NCBI GenBank assembly: GCA_044228685.1
Contig: JBGAUL010000002.1
Coordinates: 135,611 to 199,610, forward strand
Source: Chlorobiota bacterium
Lineage (GTDB): Bacteria; Bacteroidota; Ignavibacteria; Kapaibacteriales; NICIL-2
Reading direction: 5' to 3'
DNA length: 64,000 nt
Shown here: one piece after another, positions 41,737 to 53,518 of the stretch
How positions within the stretch are numbered: position 1 is the stretch's first letter
How the letters are laid out: every line of letters begins with the position of its first letter
The notes under the pieces: model-generated
The model's database searches: none
Seen by the model: only the letters and a program-made list of their open reading frames with translations
Told to the model about the DNA's origin: nothing
Translations under genes and position numbers: made by a program

Positions 41737-44226
41737 TTAATGGTGTACCACAAAACGAACACTAAGTTCGGCACCATCAGCTTTGAGTAGGAGGAAGTAG
41801 CTGCCCGAGCTGAGATCGACCGTTGAGACTGTGATGTGCTGCAGTCCAAGACTGAGTTGTGAAAGCTGCGTCAGTGCTACGCGTCCATCGCTCGTTAGGA
41901 TCTGTATTTGAGCCGACGTACTCAGCGCTCGTGAGCACTCAAGCTCAAGCTGAATTCGATCGGATGCCGGATCGGGAAACACTCGCGCTATTCTCAAGCC
42001 ATGTGCTTCATCAACGACCTGCGTGCTTGTCTGATTACAATCGCGAAGTATCAAACGTTTTGAAAAGACGACTTGACTTGGATCGGCGCGATTGCTAAGA
42101 CGAATAATCAGACTATCACTTTCTTTGCCTTTGGTTGGCGTCCATGAAAATGACTGTGATGTGGCATCTGTCTCCGGACTAATAAACTGTTTGAGCGGGA
42201 AGCTCTGTCCGTTGTTGATTGAATAGCGTATATCAATGTGCCGTACAAAATCACTGACCCAACTCAAGTTCACGGCTTGACCAAAACACAGACTATCTCC
42301 CTCATTCGGTTTGTTGAAACTCAAGCTTGGCGTTCCAATGCTGAATTGACCGCTGGTTGCAACGACTTTGCCGTTCAACGCAACGAGGCGAAGACGGGCT
42401 GTGGAGGTCTCGATATCCGGCACATTCCATTCAAGCGACAAGGAGTTGGTATCGACTACTACCGGTTTCCAGGGATCAGTTCCCGTAGCAGAGAATTCAA
42501 CGGAGTTCGCGTTGAGATAGGCTCTGTCCCACTCTACCATCTCGGTAGTCTTTCGTCCAACACGCTCTCCTCCACTCCATCCCTGAAACTTCAATGCGCC
42601 TGGTCCGAAGGAAAACACAGCGAAGGAAGTATCACTCACTAAAGGAGCACTTGGATCATAGATGCGAATCATGGCTGTGCGCGACTGCATAGCGCTTGGA
42701 GGAATCCACTTGAAGAAACGGTTGGTTGCAGGAATGTTCGAAGCGCTAGCTATAGCCTGAAAGCTGTTACCGCTATCGAGTGAATACTCAAGGCAAATGC
42801 TCGTGACTTTGCTGCTTGTCCATTCTATCGAAACACCGGTATCTGCGCGCACGATTTGATCGAGTCCGCCGATAGGTTGAGTGAGCTTTATCAATGCTTT
42901 CGTCGGCGATCTCAAACAACCACTTTGCTCAGCACCAATGCGAATTTGCTCGGCAACGCGTGGAAGAAAAGTAAATCTGGGTCCGGGTGTATCGCCAATA
43001 ATTAAATGACAATAGCTCATGATACTACCCGTACTTGGCTTGGCTTTATCGGTCTCGCACGCATCTCCAACAGGAGGATTTCCATTTTGCGCGACGCAAG
43101 TATCAAGTGGCGGATCCCATGCGCATGAGTGCGTGTGCAATGCACTGAAGCTATGTCCAAGTTCATGCGCAGTTACATACGAATCCCACTGATAGCTTTG
43201 AGTTGGCAATACACTCGTTGTGTGAATTCCGCAGGTTGCGTATCCATTCCAATCGCAAAGTCCACTGAGAAATGCAATTCCACCAACGCCTGTCTTCCCC
43301 GGTACCGTAAACAACACAGCAACGCTGCGATTAATGTTTGTGTGATTGCTCTGCCAATTTGAAGCGAATTCGTGTAGTAGTGCGCCAATATCTCCTTTGG
43401 CGTTTTCCGTGTAGACATCCGGATCCTCGTCGGTGTGGATGATCATATCTCCCAGACTAAAGCAGACGTTTGCCTCGCGCTCATAAATCCAACTCACCGT
43501 CGAAAACACAGTGAAGATGTACGAGATAATTCGTTGTTCACTCTTCGCCATTCTCTTCCAGAGGAAGCGATCGGTTTCAACGGCAACTTTGGTTTCGAGT
43601 AGAGTTGTTGATTGAATTGAATTCGTAGACTTACGATCTGCTGTCGACCACACCAAGCTCTTGCGATGTGCCTCCGGCATATTCTCAAAATCACAGCTGA
43701 AAGTCGGCGCCGGTGCACGCGAGTTGTCCATGAGAATGAGAGTATTGGCTTTTGTCGTCGACGGAGCCAGTTGCATCTGCTTCGCGCTTGATCGTTCAAA
43801 CGACACATACAAATCATCGCCGCTTATCACTAAAAACACCTTCGATCCGGGATCTTCTTGAATTGTTCCTCTGAAACAGCGTGAGGACGGTAGAGCGATG
43901 GCAGTGCGACGTCCGCGGACCAGCTTCCACGCATTTGTCTCTGCTCCAAAGACTGAATTCGCTTCTTGTAAAACGAGCGTTCCTTGTTCGCTAAGACTGA
44001 TCGGAAAGGCATTGATGTTCAAACTCTTCTCCAATCCGAAGAACAGAGTCTTGGCACTCGTGGCTGAGAAATCAAAAGCCTTAGCGGAAGCTGAGTTTGA
44101 GGCGAGGCCGGGCACCGGCGACTTGCTTGGTTGAATAAACTGTGATGCTGAAAGATTCTTTGTTTGTGCGAGACTTGCGGAACAGAACAGAATACTCAAC
44201 AAAAGGACAAGGCCGAATTGCTTCAT
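41737..44226 (-). CDS. secreted zinc metalloprotease (metzincin, reprolysin-like) with T9SS CTD
   Basis: HELGHSFSALHTHSCAWD (HExxHxxGxxH), signal peptide MKQFGLVLLLSILFCSASLAQ, C-terminal CTD SGSYFLLLKADGAELSVRFVVH. Confidence 0.75.
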   Translation of the reverse strand: MKQFGLVLLLSILFCSASLAQTKNLSASQFIQPSKSPVPGLASNSASAKAFDFSATSAKTLFFGLEKSLNINAFPISLSEQGTLVLQEANSVFGAETNAWKLVRGRRTAIALPSSRCFRGTIQEDPGSKVFLVISGDDLYVSFERSSAKQMQLAPSTTKANTLILMDNSRAPAPTFSCDFENMPEAHRKSLVWSTADRKSTNSIQSTTLLETKVAVETDRFLWKRMAKSEQRIISYIFTVFSTVSWIYEREANVCFSLGDMIIHTDEDPDVYTENAKGDIGALLHEFASNWQSNHTNINRSVAVLFTVPGKTGVGGIAFLSGLCDWNGYATCGIHTTSVLPTQSYQWDSYVTAHELGHSFSALHTHSCAWDPPLDTCVAQNGNPPVGDACETDKAKPSTGSIMSYCHLIIGDTPGPRFTFLPRVAEQIRIGAEQSGCLRSPTKALIKLTQPIGGLDQIVRADTGVSIEWTSSKVTSICLEYSLDSGNSFQAIASASNIPATNRFFKWIPPSAMQSRTAMIRIYDPSAPLVSDTSFAVFSFGPGALKFQGWSGGERVGRKTTEMVEWDRAYLNANSVEFSATGTDPWKPVVVDTNSLSLEWNVPDIETSTARLRLVALNGKVVATSGQFSIGTPSLSFNKPNEGDSLCFGQAVNLSWVSDFVRHIDIRYSINNGQSFPLKQFISPETDATSQSFSWTPTKGKESDSLIIRLSNRADPSQVVFSKRLILRDCNQTSTQVVDEAHGLRIARVFPDPASDRIQLELECSRALSTSAQIQILTSDGRVALTQLSQLSLGLQHITVSTVDLSSGSYFLLLKADGAELSVRFVVHH

Positions 44227-44799
44227 GAACAGAATTGAAATTGAAAAGTTGCCTACACGACAATATAGGCAAAGCGGGGCTGGGTCGTCGTTGGAGTAGG
44301 GAAATCTGACAGAACAACCGGTTGAACTCTAACTGAAGCAAAAGAACAGGGTTCGAAGAGCAGGGCTGTTTGCGTGAGCTTTGTGGTCTGTGTGAAACAC
44401 TGAACAAAGCTTGCCCTACCTAGTTGCTTTTCATAGTGAAGAGCGTACACCGCCAGATTTGAACCTGAATCTTTCGCATCTGAGTCGAGCGTTTTGGACC
44501 ATCTGAGTTAGGTGGACACGCGGAAAAACAGAGTACGGAAGACTTGGACTAAGATCCGATCGATTCGAGCACTAGATCTTTATCGATGGACTCCTCCTCG
44601 TGTAACGAAAAATTTACCCCAAACACATTTCTGTATTGTTGTATATCTCTTGCAATACATAACTTGCGTCATGTGAGAATGCAGCCTCACTACAGTTAGG
44701 ACCCTTTGGGGAAAGGTAACTCGCCGACCGGAAGTCGCAACATTTCTTTTTTTTTCTTAGTTCACTTTTTTCAGTTATTCACTTAACGGGGAGATCTCC

Positions 44800-47517
44800 A
44801 TGTCTATTACCCAACGTGCCGATAACGGCAGTGGTGCGGGTACACCACACGTAGTACGCGCAACAGTGCGAGTCGCTCGAGCTTTGACGAACGCAACGTC
44901 AGTTCTTGCAAGTGCAGTTCTTTGTCTTTTGCTTTTTGTTATTAGCTCGAGTGATACACTCGCATCGCATGGTCGTGGTGGTACTTTGAGTTGGACACAG
45001 GGTGGTGGCAACACTATTAACTTCAGCTTTAACACCGCATGGCGCAGAGATTTTCCTTGGGCTGAGGGCTACTCAGCGCCAGGTCCAAATGTCGGTCAAA
45101 CAGTAACGATTGGTGCTTTCAACTATGGTGATGGAAACGTGGTATCACTCGTCGCAACAGTAAATGCAGTTGACGCAGCGAACAATATTATCTTTACCAC
45201 TTGGACCTCGTCACACACATATGCAAGTGCCGGCAACGTCACCGCAAGCTTTTCAAGCTGCTGTCGCCTGAGCACTTTGCAGGGTGGAAATGCTGATGCT
45301 AACTACAACTTCTAAACACTGGTTAATGTTGGAGGAACAAACAATTCTCCATCAACGAGCGTTCCGACGGAAATTCATGTCCCAATCAACACTAATACAT
45401 ACAACTTCATCATCCCATCTACAGACATTGATGGAAACGTCCGCACATTTCGTTTAGCTACTTCAGCTGAGTCCGGTTTGAGTCAAACAAGTCCTGCCAA
45501 CTTCACAATTACCAGCTATGGCTTGTGTTCATGGAATACAACCGGATTGAACGCCGATGATCTGTATGCAATGCAGATTATCATTGAAGACCGTGATAAC
45601 TCGAACAATGTCATTTCTAGAATCCCGGTAGACTTCATCATGGAGTTGTCAGAGAATACCGGTACGGCTCCGTACTTCATCTCCCCAACTCCTTCACCGA
45701 GTGATACAACTTTGAACGTTGTTGCAGGTCAGAATATCAGCTTCGATATCAATGCTGTAGATAACGATATCAACGACCAAGTAACACTCGAAGCAGTATC
45801 ATTGCCAATCGGTTCGACAATGACACCTAGCCTTCCGGTAACGGGTGCTCCAAACTCGAACGCAACTTCAACCTTCTCATGGACACCAACATCGGGTCAA
45901 GCTGGTAATACCTACACGATCACATTTGTTGCTGAAGACAATAGTACAAATCAAGTATTCCACACAATCAACATCAACGTCCTCACCTGCCAAGCAGCTC
46001 CGACAATCGTTACTAGCTGTCCGGCAAACATCACCGTCTGCGGTGCACAAAACATAACATGGACGCCTCCGACAGCAACAGATAACTGTCAAGTAACAAC
46101 AACATCCAACATGAGCCCTGGTGACATGTTCGGTGTTGGTACCACAACAGTTACCTACACCTTCACAAACACCGCTAACGGCAGTGTTCAGTGCAGCTTC
46201 GACGTTACTGTGTACCCAAATCCATCGGTTTCAATCGTTACAAGCACACTTCCGGACTTCTGTCAAGGTTTTGCAAAGCTGAGCGCATCTGTCTCAAACG
46301 CAGGTTCACTCCAAGCTCCATTGAGCTATAGCTGGACCGGTCAGCAAACGAGCAGTGACAATGCTATTACTGCGCTCTCGAACGGCACATATTATTTGAC
46401 CGTAACGGATGCACACGGCTGCTCAAGCACCACAAGCACAACATTGAATATGGATCCTTCGACTGTTCTTTCAGGATACAACCTTCTGGCAAACACCGAA
46501 GTGCACTTGCACAAGAGCACAGTTACCAATGGAGGCGTTGGTGTTCGCAATGCAAATAAGAAGGCTAAGATCCACGATCACTCAACAGTACAAACCTTCG
46601 TTAAGGCTCCAACCATTCAAGTCAATGGTGGAAGCAGCGTTGGTACGCAGATCAGCGGTCAGGCTAACGTGACACTTCCTGCATTTGTCACAAACACATT
46701 TAACAACAACAACACAACAACAGTAAACCAAAATCAAACAACAAGCTTGACCGGTTCGAACTACGGTAAGATCAAGATCAAGAAGAACGCTGTTGTTACA
46801 TTCACTCAGTCAACTGTCTACATTCGCTCACTCGAAACAGAAGAGAATGTAACAATCAACTTCAGTGGCGATGCTATTCTTGTTGTTAAGAATAAGGTTG
46901 AACTCGAAGACAACAACACCTTCAACTCAGCCGGCAAGCGCGTTATCATGTACGTTGGCGATGAGTTCGAAATCGAAGGCGGTTCAAGCTTTACCGCTAA
47001 CGTCTTTGCTTGCGAAGAAATCGAAGCAAAGGGTCACCGCGATGGCAGCTGGAGATGGGACGATGACAACTGCGGTGGTGGTACATCAAACGCAGCTCAC
47101 ACAACCATGACCGGTATGTTTATCTCCAAGGAAAAGATCAAGTCAGGTAAGAACGTTGATTGGTACCGCGGAACAGCATGCTCAGTAAGCTCAGGTTTCT
47201 CAGCTCGCGAAGCAATGGCATGGAACGAAGACGGTAACCAATTCACAGAAGCTGGCGATTTGGATAACAGCATCACTATCTCGCCAAATCCGGCAGATCG
47301 TCAGGCTTCCATCAGCCTCAATGGCTTTGATCACGAAGCTGTTACTATCAGCATCTTCGATAACCTCGGTCGTCGCGTCTACTCACAAGTCGTAGAAGCA
47401 AACTCCGCAAACATCGTTGTTGATCTCAGCGCAAACACATTCACAAACGGCATGTTCACGGTTCAAGCAACATCTGCTTCGCACCAAGCATCACGTCGCC
47501 TGTATATCGTTCGCTAA
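44800..47517 (+). pseudogene. large (~900 aa) T9SS-CTD surface protein with an HYR domain, interrupted by one in-frame TAA at 45313-45315
   Basis: The ORFs 44800-45315 and 45478-47517 are both in frame 1 and there is no other stop between them. HYR-like CPANITVCGAQNITWTPPTATDNCQVTT. Ser/Thr/Asn-rich. C-terminal CTD ISPNPADRQASISL...GMFTVQATSASHQASRRLYIV. Confidence 0.55.
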
Positions 47518-47561
47518 GATCATGTCAGTTAGTTGACTTTCGTTTCGAAAGTCTGATTATG

Positions 47562-47598
47562 AGACCGTCTCTGTGGAAGCAGAGACGGTCTTTTTTTA
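47562..47598 (+). terminator. strong rho-independent terminator (11-bp stem plus T8), preceded by a second smaller hairpin at 47535-47553
   Basis: agaccgtctct-gtggaagc-agagacggtct followed by ttttttt. Confidence 0.75.
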
Positions 47599-47679
47599 GG
47601 TGACAACTGCGAGTGAGCGATCTAATCAACTATGCATAGCAACAATCACAATGCGCCGGAAATCTTCATAATTTGAGCC

Positions 47680-48411
47680 ATGGCTCTGAAGCGAATGAAT
47701 ATTGTTGAGTATGCGATACGAACCCTGTGCATCGTCCTAAGCACGATCGTGCGGGCTTTGGCCTTTCTTATTCATCGCATTGTGAGTGGCAATCCGGCAA
47801 TGACCTATACACATGTGCGTTCTTGGAGTCGACGGATTTTAGGCTGGGCAGGAGTTCGATTGGAAACAGTGGGATTAGATACTTTGGATCCCAGTCGCTC
47901 CTACATCTTCGTTGCCAACCACGCGTCACTCTTCGACATTCCCGTATTGCAATGTGCCTTGCCTGGCAATGTGAGGATCATGTACAAGAAAGAGCTGCAG
48001 AAGGTGCCCTTTATGGGTTGGGCTCTTGCAAGTTCGAGTTTTGTGCCGATCATTCGCGAGAAGGCGCGGGATGCGTTGTCGACGGTGCAGAGGACGATTG
48101 ATGCGATTCGCTCAGATGACTCGTCGTTGATTGTCTTTGCCGAAGGCACGCGCACATCAGACGGCAAGCTGCAGAAGTTCAAACGAGGTGCGTTTATGCT
48201 TGCTGTTCATTCGGCAAAGCCCATTGTGCCGGTTGCTATCAGAGGTTCGTTTGAAGTGTTGCCAAAAACAACTCTGCGCTTTCGTCGCGGTGTCATTCGC
48301 GTTTCCTGCAGTGCACCCATCGAAATCGAGTCACGTGAGTATTCACGCGAAGAAGAAATGGCGCTCATGAAACAGGTTCATGAGTCGGTCGAGTATCTTC
48401 TGCAACACTGA
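47680..48411 (+). CDS. plsC: 1-acyl-sn-glycerol-3-phosphate acyltransferase
   Basis: FVANHASLFD (HxxxxD) and FAEGTRTSDG motifs. Confidence 0.8.
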   Translation: MALKRMNIVEYAIRTLCIVLSTIVRALAFLIHRIVSGNPAMTYTHVRSWSRRILGWAGVRLETVGLDTLDPSRSYIFVANHASLFDIPVLQCALPGNVRIMYKKELQKVPFMGWALASSSFVPIIREKARDALSTVQRTIDAIRSDDSSLIVFAEGTRTSDGKLQKFKRGAFMLAVHSAKPIVPVAIRGSFEVLPKTTLRFRRGVIRVSCSAPIEIESREYSREEEMALMKQVHESVEYLLQH

Positions 48412-48482
48412 ACCCTTCGTTCAATCCTACCAACAGTCTCGTCGAAGAATGCAATCGCTCATCAAACACGCAATACAGCGCG

Positions 48483-49214
48483 TTACTTCTTGCGCGCTAT
48501 AGCTACCAAGCTAACGCCAACTGGAAATGAGAGCATTTTGAGGAATGGTGTTTCGGCTTTGAAGATGAAATCAAAGAGTGTATTGACAATTCCGGGAACC
48601 GGATCGACGACCGCATGGATGTCTTCCGGTTTGAGACTGCGCTGAGTCATGCGCTTTAGTGCCGCGAGCGGAAAAAGGAATGAGTTGAAGTATGAGAGCT
48701 TGATGAGCTCGAAGCCGGCGTTTTCAAGAAGTTGACGGAAGTTGTCGCGGTTGTAGCGACGATAGTGCATGTGTATCACATCGTGCGCACTCCACATCCA
48801 CATGTTAGCCGGAACACTTGCTATGAAGTATCCTCCGGGACGAAGCAAATCGTGTACTTGCTTGACGACCGCCTTGTCGTCCTCGATATGCTCGATCACA
48901 TCCAACATCGTCACTGCATCTACCGTCCATTTGCTCTTCGGAAAATCATCCAAAGTTCCCAAGTGCAAATGCTCAAGACCACGTTTCTTGCAATACTCAA
49001 TGGCTATCGGAGATGTGTCAGTGCCAATCGCCGTGTATTCTTGGGCAAGTTCAGAGAGAAATCCACCGGTGCCGCAACCGACATCAACAACGGTCGAGCC
49101 GCGCTTTAACGAGCAGTAATGATTGATGAGACTATGGATGATGTGAGCTCGTGCGGTAAACCACCAATAGCTGCTCTCAACCTGAAAATTTGAATGATAT
49201 ACTTTCTCTTCCAT
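48483..49214 (-). CDS. class I SAM-dependent methyltransferase
   Basis: VVDVGCGTGGFLSELA (motif I). Confidence 0.75.
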   Translation of the reverse strand: MEEKVYHSNFQVESSYWWFTARAHIIHSLINHYCSLKRGSTVVDVGCGTGGFLSELAQEYTAIGTDTSPIAIEYCKKRGLEHLHLGTLDDFPKSKWTVDAVTMLDVIEHIEDDKAVVKQVHDLLRPGGYFIASVPANMWMWSAHDVIHMHYRRYNRDNFRQLLENAGFELIKLSYFNSFLFPLAALKRMTQRSLKPEDIHAVVDPVPGIVNTLFDFIFKAETPFLKMLSFPVGVSLVAIARKK

Positions 49215-49472
49215 AAATCAAGATAAGGGATTTTCTGGAGTGTCGACGTTTTTAGCCTGGACAATGAGCCGAAGACGAGATATTTCATCCATAAGCCCCT
49301 TGTTTGATTCGCAATTCAGATAAAATTCTCTTCAGTTCTGTTTTGCTTGGTCGATATGTGTCGGTGTACCGTCAGGTACAACTCTGCTACACGACAGTCC
49401 GCGCAGCATTGTTCCATTCAGGGATGAATGCGTCTCGAAGGAATGAGTACATAATCACCACTTCTCCTCGTC

Positions 49473-50696
49473 ATGAAAGCGCGTCCCCCGCAGTCGTGGC
49501 AACTCAGTTTCCTGCTGATCAGTGCTCTTCAGTATTACTGCGTTGCACAAAGTGAATCATCCGATCCGTCTCCGTCTTTTCACCCCCAAGTCATCCTTAG
49601 CAGCTCCTACCAGCGAAGTAGCAGTCCAAGCGTCCACGTCCAATCGCAAAACAACTTCATCGGCAATGCCACCCTTGGTGCCAGCTATAACCTGAGCTCT
49701 CAATTCGACCTGTCGGCATCTGCCCTGTGGATGTACGGTAGAGTTATTGGCATGGGCTCCTTTGTAGCTTCAATGCCGAATGGACTCTTTAGCTGGTCCA
49801 ATGTCAAGCCCTTTCTGGGAACAGTTGCGCTGAGTTATCACTGCATCTGCAGCGACGATAGCTCAGAGCAGATCAGTTGCAGCGTCGGTAAAATCTCAGC
49901 TTTGGCCGCCTTTGATCTCAATCCCTACGCCAATGATCCAACAACACAGTTCATGAATCTGGTTGTGCTGAACAACGGCGCTCACGAACTCTGCGCTGAA
50001 GCACGAGGTGGAACAACCTTTGGTGCTACAGCACGCTTCACAAGCGGTAGCACGATGGTTTCCGTGCTCTTTGGTGCCATGCCTACCGAAGCCGGTGGTA
50101 TTGAGTTGAACACTGATATCGCTACCTCGCACTCCGTTTGTGCGCAAGTCTCGACCGCTCTTAGTGAAAGCGCGCACATCAGACTTATGGGCTTTATGAA
50201 TACAACTACAGCGCTGAGCTTCAGTCAAAATCAGGCAATTCAAGTTCAATCCTCAGATCCCATTTCGAACAAGTTCGGTTTGTGTCTTGATGCAGACCAA
50301 AAACTCAATGCGCGATGGGCTCTGTTCGAGAGACTGAGCTGGAACGACGGTCAAAGTGAATCCATGTCGCTCACCGAAACCAACAGATCCTACTGCGTTG
50401 GCGCACACCTTGAACGCGGATTGTTGGATATGGAAGGTCAAGATTGCGGTGCAGCCTTTGTTCTCAGCCAGCTTTCCGACGAACATGCAGCCTTCCACCG
50501 ACTTGGCGGCGAGAGCTTTGTTCTCAGCGACATATCCAAATACGGTGCTGAAGTACTCATGGAAGCTTATTACCGATTTGCCTTAGCGCAACACTTGCAG
50601 TTGACTTTTGACGCGCAGTATGTGGTGAATCCCGGCTTTGAAAGAGGTAATCGTCCGCTGCGACCCCTGGCAAGCCGCTTGAGCTTCATCCTCTAG
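49473..50696 (+). CDS. outer-membrane beta-barrel porin (OprB-like?)
   Basis: Signal peptide and a C-terminal ...RLSFIL aromatic/hydrophobic end. Confidence 0.5.
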   Translation: MKARPPQSWQLSFLLISALQYYCVAQSESSDPSPSFHPQVILSSSYQRSSSPSVHVQSQNNFIGNATLGASYNLSSQFDLSASALWMYGRVIGMGSFVASMPNGLFSWSNVKPFLGTVALSYHCICSDDSSEQISCSVGKISALAAFDLNPYANDPTTQFMNLVVLNNGAHELCAEARGGTTFGATARFTSGSTMVSVLFGAMPTEAGGIELNTDIATSHSVCAQVSTALSESAHIRLMGFMNTTTALSFSQNQAIQVQSSDPISNKFGLCLDADQKLNARWALFERLSWNDGQSESMSLTETNRSYCVGAHLERGLLDMEGQDCGAAFVLSQLSDEHAAFHRLGGESFVLSDISKYGAEVLMEAYYRFALAQHLQLTFDAQYVVNPGFERGNRPLRPLASRLSFIL

Positions 50697-50874
50697 TTCA
50701 AAACCGTGTAAATCTTCTCATAAACGCAAAAAGGATTACAATGCTGACAACACTGTCCGATATTTCTAAGCACTATGCGATTCAGTTTTAACACAGGCAT
50801 TTGCGGATTCGAAAAGAGATCATCAGTGGCTTCTTCATTCGATTAAAGAGTCCGTCAACTTCACATTCACCATC

Positions 50875-52851
50875 ATGAACTTCCTTCGAAAAATAACCGT
50901 GAAGCAAAAGCTTCAACTTATCGTCGCAATGGCGTCAGCAGGATTGGCAACAGTGCTCTACATCGCTATTACAGATATCGCAACAATGTCTGAGGAGACG
51001 AGTCGCACTTATTCCCTCCTTCAACTCTCAGCTGCACAGTCACATGCAGACATGTTGCACGATGCGCTGTGGGGTCGATTCTATCAGGCACTCAACTCCA
51101 AAGGACTAAGCGAAGCAGATCAACAGAAGTTCATGGAAGAAGTGCGCGAGCATGCTGACGATTTCAAGAAATCCGTCGAGACCGTTCGTACTAACGCTAC
51201 TGCACCGGAACTGCAAGCCTTGGTTGCTTCGCTTAAAGAACCACTAGATAGCTACCTAAGCACTTGCTTAGAAAGTACTCGTATTGCTCTCAAGGATAAT
51301 GCGCTTGGTGAGACACTCGCAGCTGATATCGATTCGCGATATACCGCTTTAGAAGGACCAATGGAACGTGTGTCGAACAAAATCGATAACTATAGCGCCA
51401 ATATCAAAGTAGAAGCGTCTGAAATCGCCGTACAAACACGTAACGTGCTTTTGATACTGAGTCTTGTAATCATGGGAATCATCATTGGATCCTCGTATGC
51501 AGTTGGACTCACAATTATTTCATCAGTAACACGACTCCGCGGAGCGGCTACTGCAGTCACTCAAGGTGAGTTCTCCGCACGTGTTGAAGTGGTAGGCAGC
51601 GACGATCTCGCGAAACTCTCAATTGACTTCAATTCGATGGTTGAGTCCTTGCAATCAGCCATGAAGGAAGCACAAGTCGAGCGCGAGCACGCAACAGAAC
51701 TCATGAAGCACTCGGAACAACTGACACAAAAGGCTGAAGAATACAGTCAGTATCTCGATAGTTCCGTGAACACCATGATTGAAGCTATGCAACGTCTTGG
51801 TGCTGGCGATCTCACAACTACTCTGCCTACTGAGGGTGACGACGCAATCACAAACCTCTACCGCGGCTTCAACACCACCGTCTCAACATTGAATGGTATC
51901 GTTGAAAATGTTCGCTCTGCAATCGAAGCGACAGCCAGCGCATCGAGTCAGATTAGTTCGTCGACCGAGCAAATGGCTGCAGGTGCAACGGAGCAATCAT
52001 CGCAAACAAATGATGCTGTCTGCGCGGTTGAAGAAATGACTAAGATCATCATGGAGAATTCCATGAACGCTCGTCAGACAGCCTCAGCCACAGAACAAGC
52101 GAAAGTCTCGGCAGAAACCGGTGGCACTGTCATCCAACAAACTGTGAGCGGTATGGAGCGCATTGCGCACGTTGTGCGTGAATCTGCTACCACCGTCAAA
52201 GCACTTGGCGAATCGAGTGCTCACATTGGTGAGATCATTACTGTCATCAACGACATCGCCGACCAAACCAATCTCTTGGCTTTGAATGCTGCTATCGAGG
52301 CTGCACGCGCCGGTGAGCAAGGACGCGGCTTCGCGGTCGTTGCCGATGAAGTGCGCAAGCTCGCCGAACGCACCACCAACGCCACCAAAGAGATTTCTGA
52401 GATGATTAAAAAGATTCAGGTGGATACTGTTGAAGCGGTGACGTCTATCGACGAAGGAAATCGCGAAGTGGAACACGGTATGAAGCTCGCTGATAAAGCT
52501 AGCTCAGCACTCAATGACATTGTCGGTGCTGTTTCTAACGTCTCAACAATGATAGGTCAAATCGCCATCGCAAGCGAAGAACAAAGCAATGCCAGCGAAC
52601 AGATCAGTCGAAACATCGAAGCAATCAATGCTGTTACATCTGAAACTGCCACCGGAACGCAGCAAATCGCTCGCGCTGCGGAAGACTTGAATAGATTGAC
52701 AGAGAACCTACATCGCCTCGTCGGACACTTCCGTCTTGTCGATTCAGCGCATGATCACAACCCTAAACATCACGCAATGGCGCCTGATGCAGGCCTCAAG
52801 CGCTCGCATAACTCGGCGCTAACGTCTCATGCTCATGTAGGTCGTCATTGA
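50875..52851 (+). CDS. methyl-accepting chemotaxis protein (TM, ~160-aa helical periplasmic sensor, TM, HAMP, signalling domain)
   Basis: [33 protein letters not shown]. Confidence 0.9.
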   Translation: MNFLRKITVKQKLQLIVAMASAGLATVLYIAITDIATMSEETSRTYSLLQLSAAQSHADMLHDALWGRFYQALNSKGLSEADQQKFMEEVREHADDFKKSVETVRTNATAPELQALVASLKEPLDSYLSTCLESTRIALKDNALGETLAADIDSRYTALEGPMERVSNKIDNYSANIKVEASEIAVQTRNVLLILSLVIMGIIIGSSYAVGLTIISSVTRLRGAATAVTQGEFSARVEVVGSDDLAKLSIDFNSMVESLQSAMKEAQVEREHATELMKHSEQLTQKAEEYSQYLDSSVNTMIEAMQRLGAGDLTTTLPTEGDDAITNLYRGFNTTVSTLNGIVENVRSAIEATASASSQISSSTEQMAAGATEQSSQTNDAVCAVEEMTKIIMENSMNARQTASATEQAKVSAETGGTVIQQTVSGMERIAHVVRESATTVKALGESSAHIGEIITVINDIADQTNLLALNAAIEAARAGEQGRGFAVVADEVRKLAERTTNATKEISEMIKKIQVDTVEAVTSIDEGNREVEHGMKLADKASSALNDIVGAVSNVSTMIGQIAIASEEQSNASEQISRNIEAINAVTSETATGTQQIARAAEDLNRLTENLHRLVGHFRLVDSAHDHNPKHHAMAPDAGLKRSHNSALTSHAHVGRH

Positions 52852-52914
52852 GGACATGAGAATGCCCTAAGACCCTGTTTGCAGACGCATAATTTGCTCA
52901 AGTAAGCACATCCT

Positions 52915-52950
52915 AAGGACAGCCAATTCCGGCTGTCCTTTGTTGTTTTA
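52915..52950 (+). terminator. rho-independent terminator after the first MCP
   Basis: aaggacagcc-aattcc-ggctgtcctt followed by tgttgtttt. Confidence 0.65.
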
Positions 52951-53518
52951 TGCGGTGAAATCAAGGGATGTTTGTAAATGGACAGCGTACAATCAAGCTG
53001 AGAATTACTTTCTTTTCATCCAAAAAAGCTCGTTTTTTTGAAAAACTCGGTACACCTAGGCTTTTTTTTACAGGAAGAAAATACTTGCTTAAGTATAAGA
53101 TAAATAGGTCGAAAATGCCTAATGACAATACACCCCACACACCTTTTGACCGCCTGCCGCGGATAGCTAAAAGGACCGTATTGTCAGTGACCCTTAGAGC
53201 TGCCCCGGAGCTCTGTTAGTCCAGATTTGCACTGAGTGAACGTTGACCGTCAGTATTTGATTTCGGATTGATTTTCACTCGATGACAAGGACGCTGCTGT
53301 CATAGTTCTCAGAAGAAGCAGCATACACTCAGCGCAAAAACTCTTTGGCGAATAGTACCCGCCAATATGGGTTCGGTTGAGCCGGCAGAATGTTCTACAC
53401 ACCATTCACAGGCCCAGTACTAGCTCGTTGTTGGGCGACAACGATTCTCGTCAGTCTTTGTTCGCATCAATGCCTTTAAGGCATCACGGCTACTTATTTC
53501 ATCACACTGGAGACCTCA

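Noticed and set aside
44440-44526. tRNA-like T-loop sequence (minus strand caGGTTCAAATCTGg) in the 570-bp intergenic region upstream of the HYR protein
   Set aside because: The flanks do not form acceptor, D or anticodon stems. 5' GCGTGTC does not pair with the 3' side, so no cloverleaf can be drawn. Treated as a chance match.
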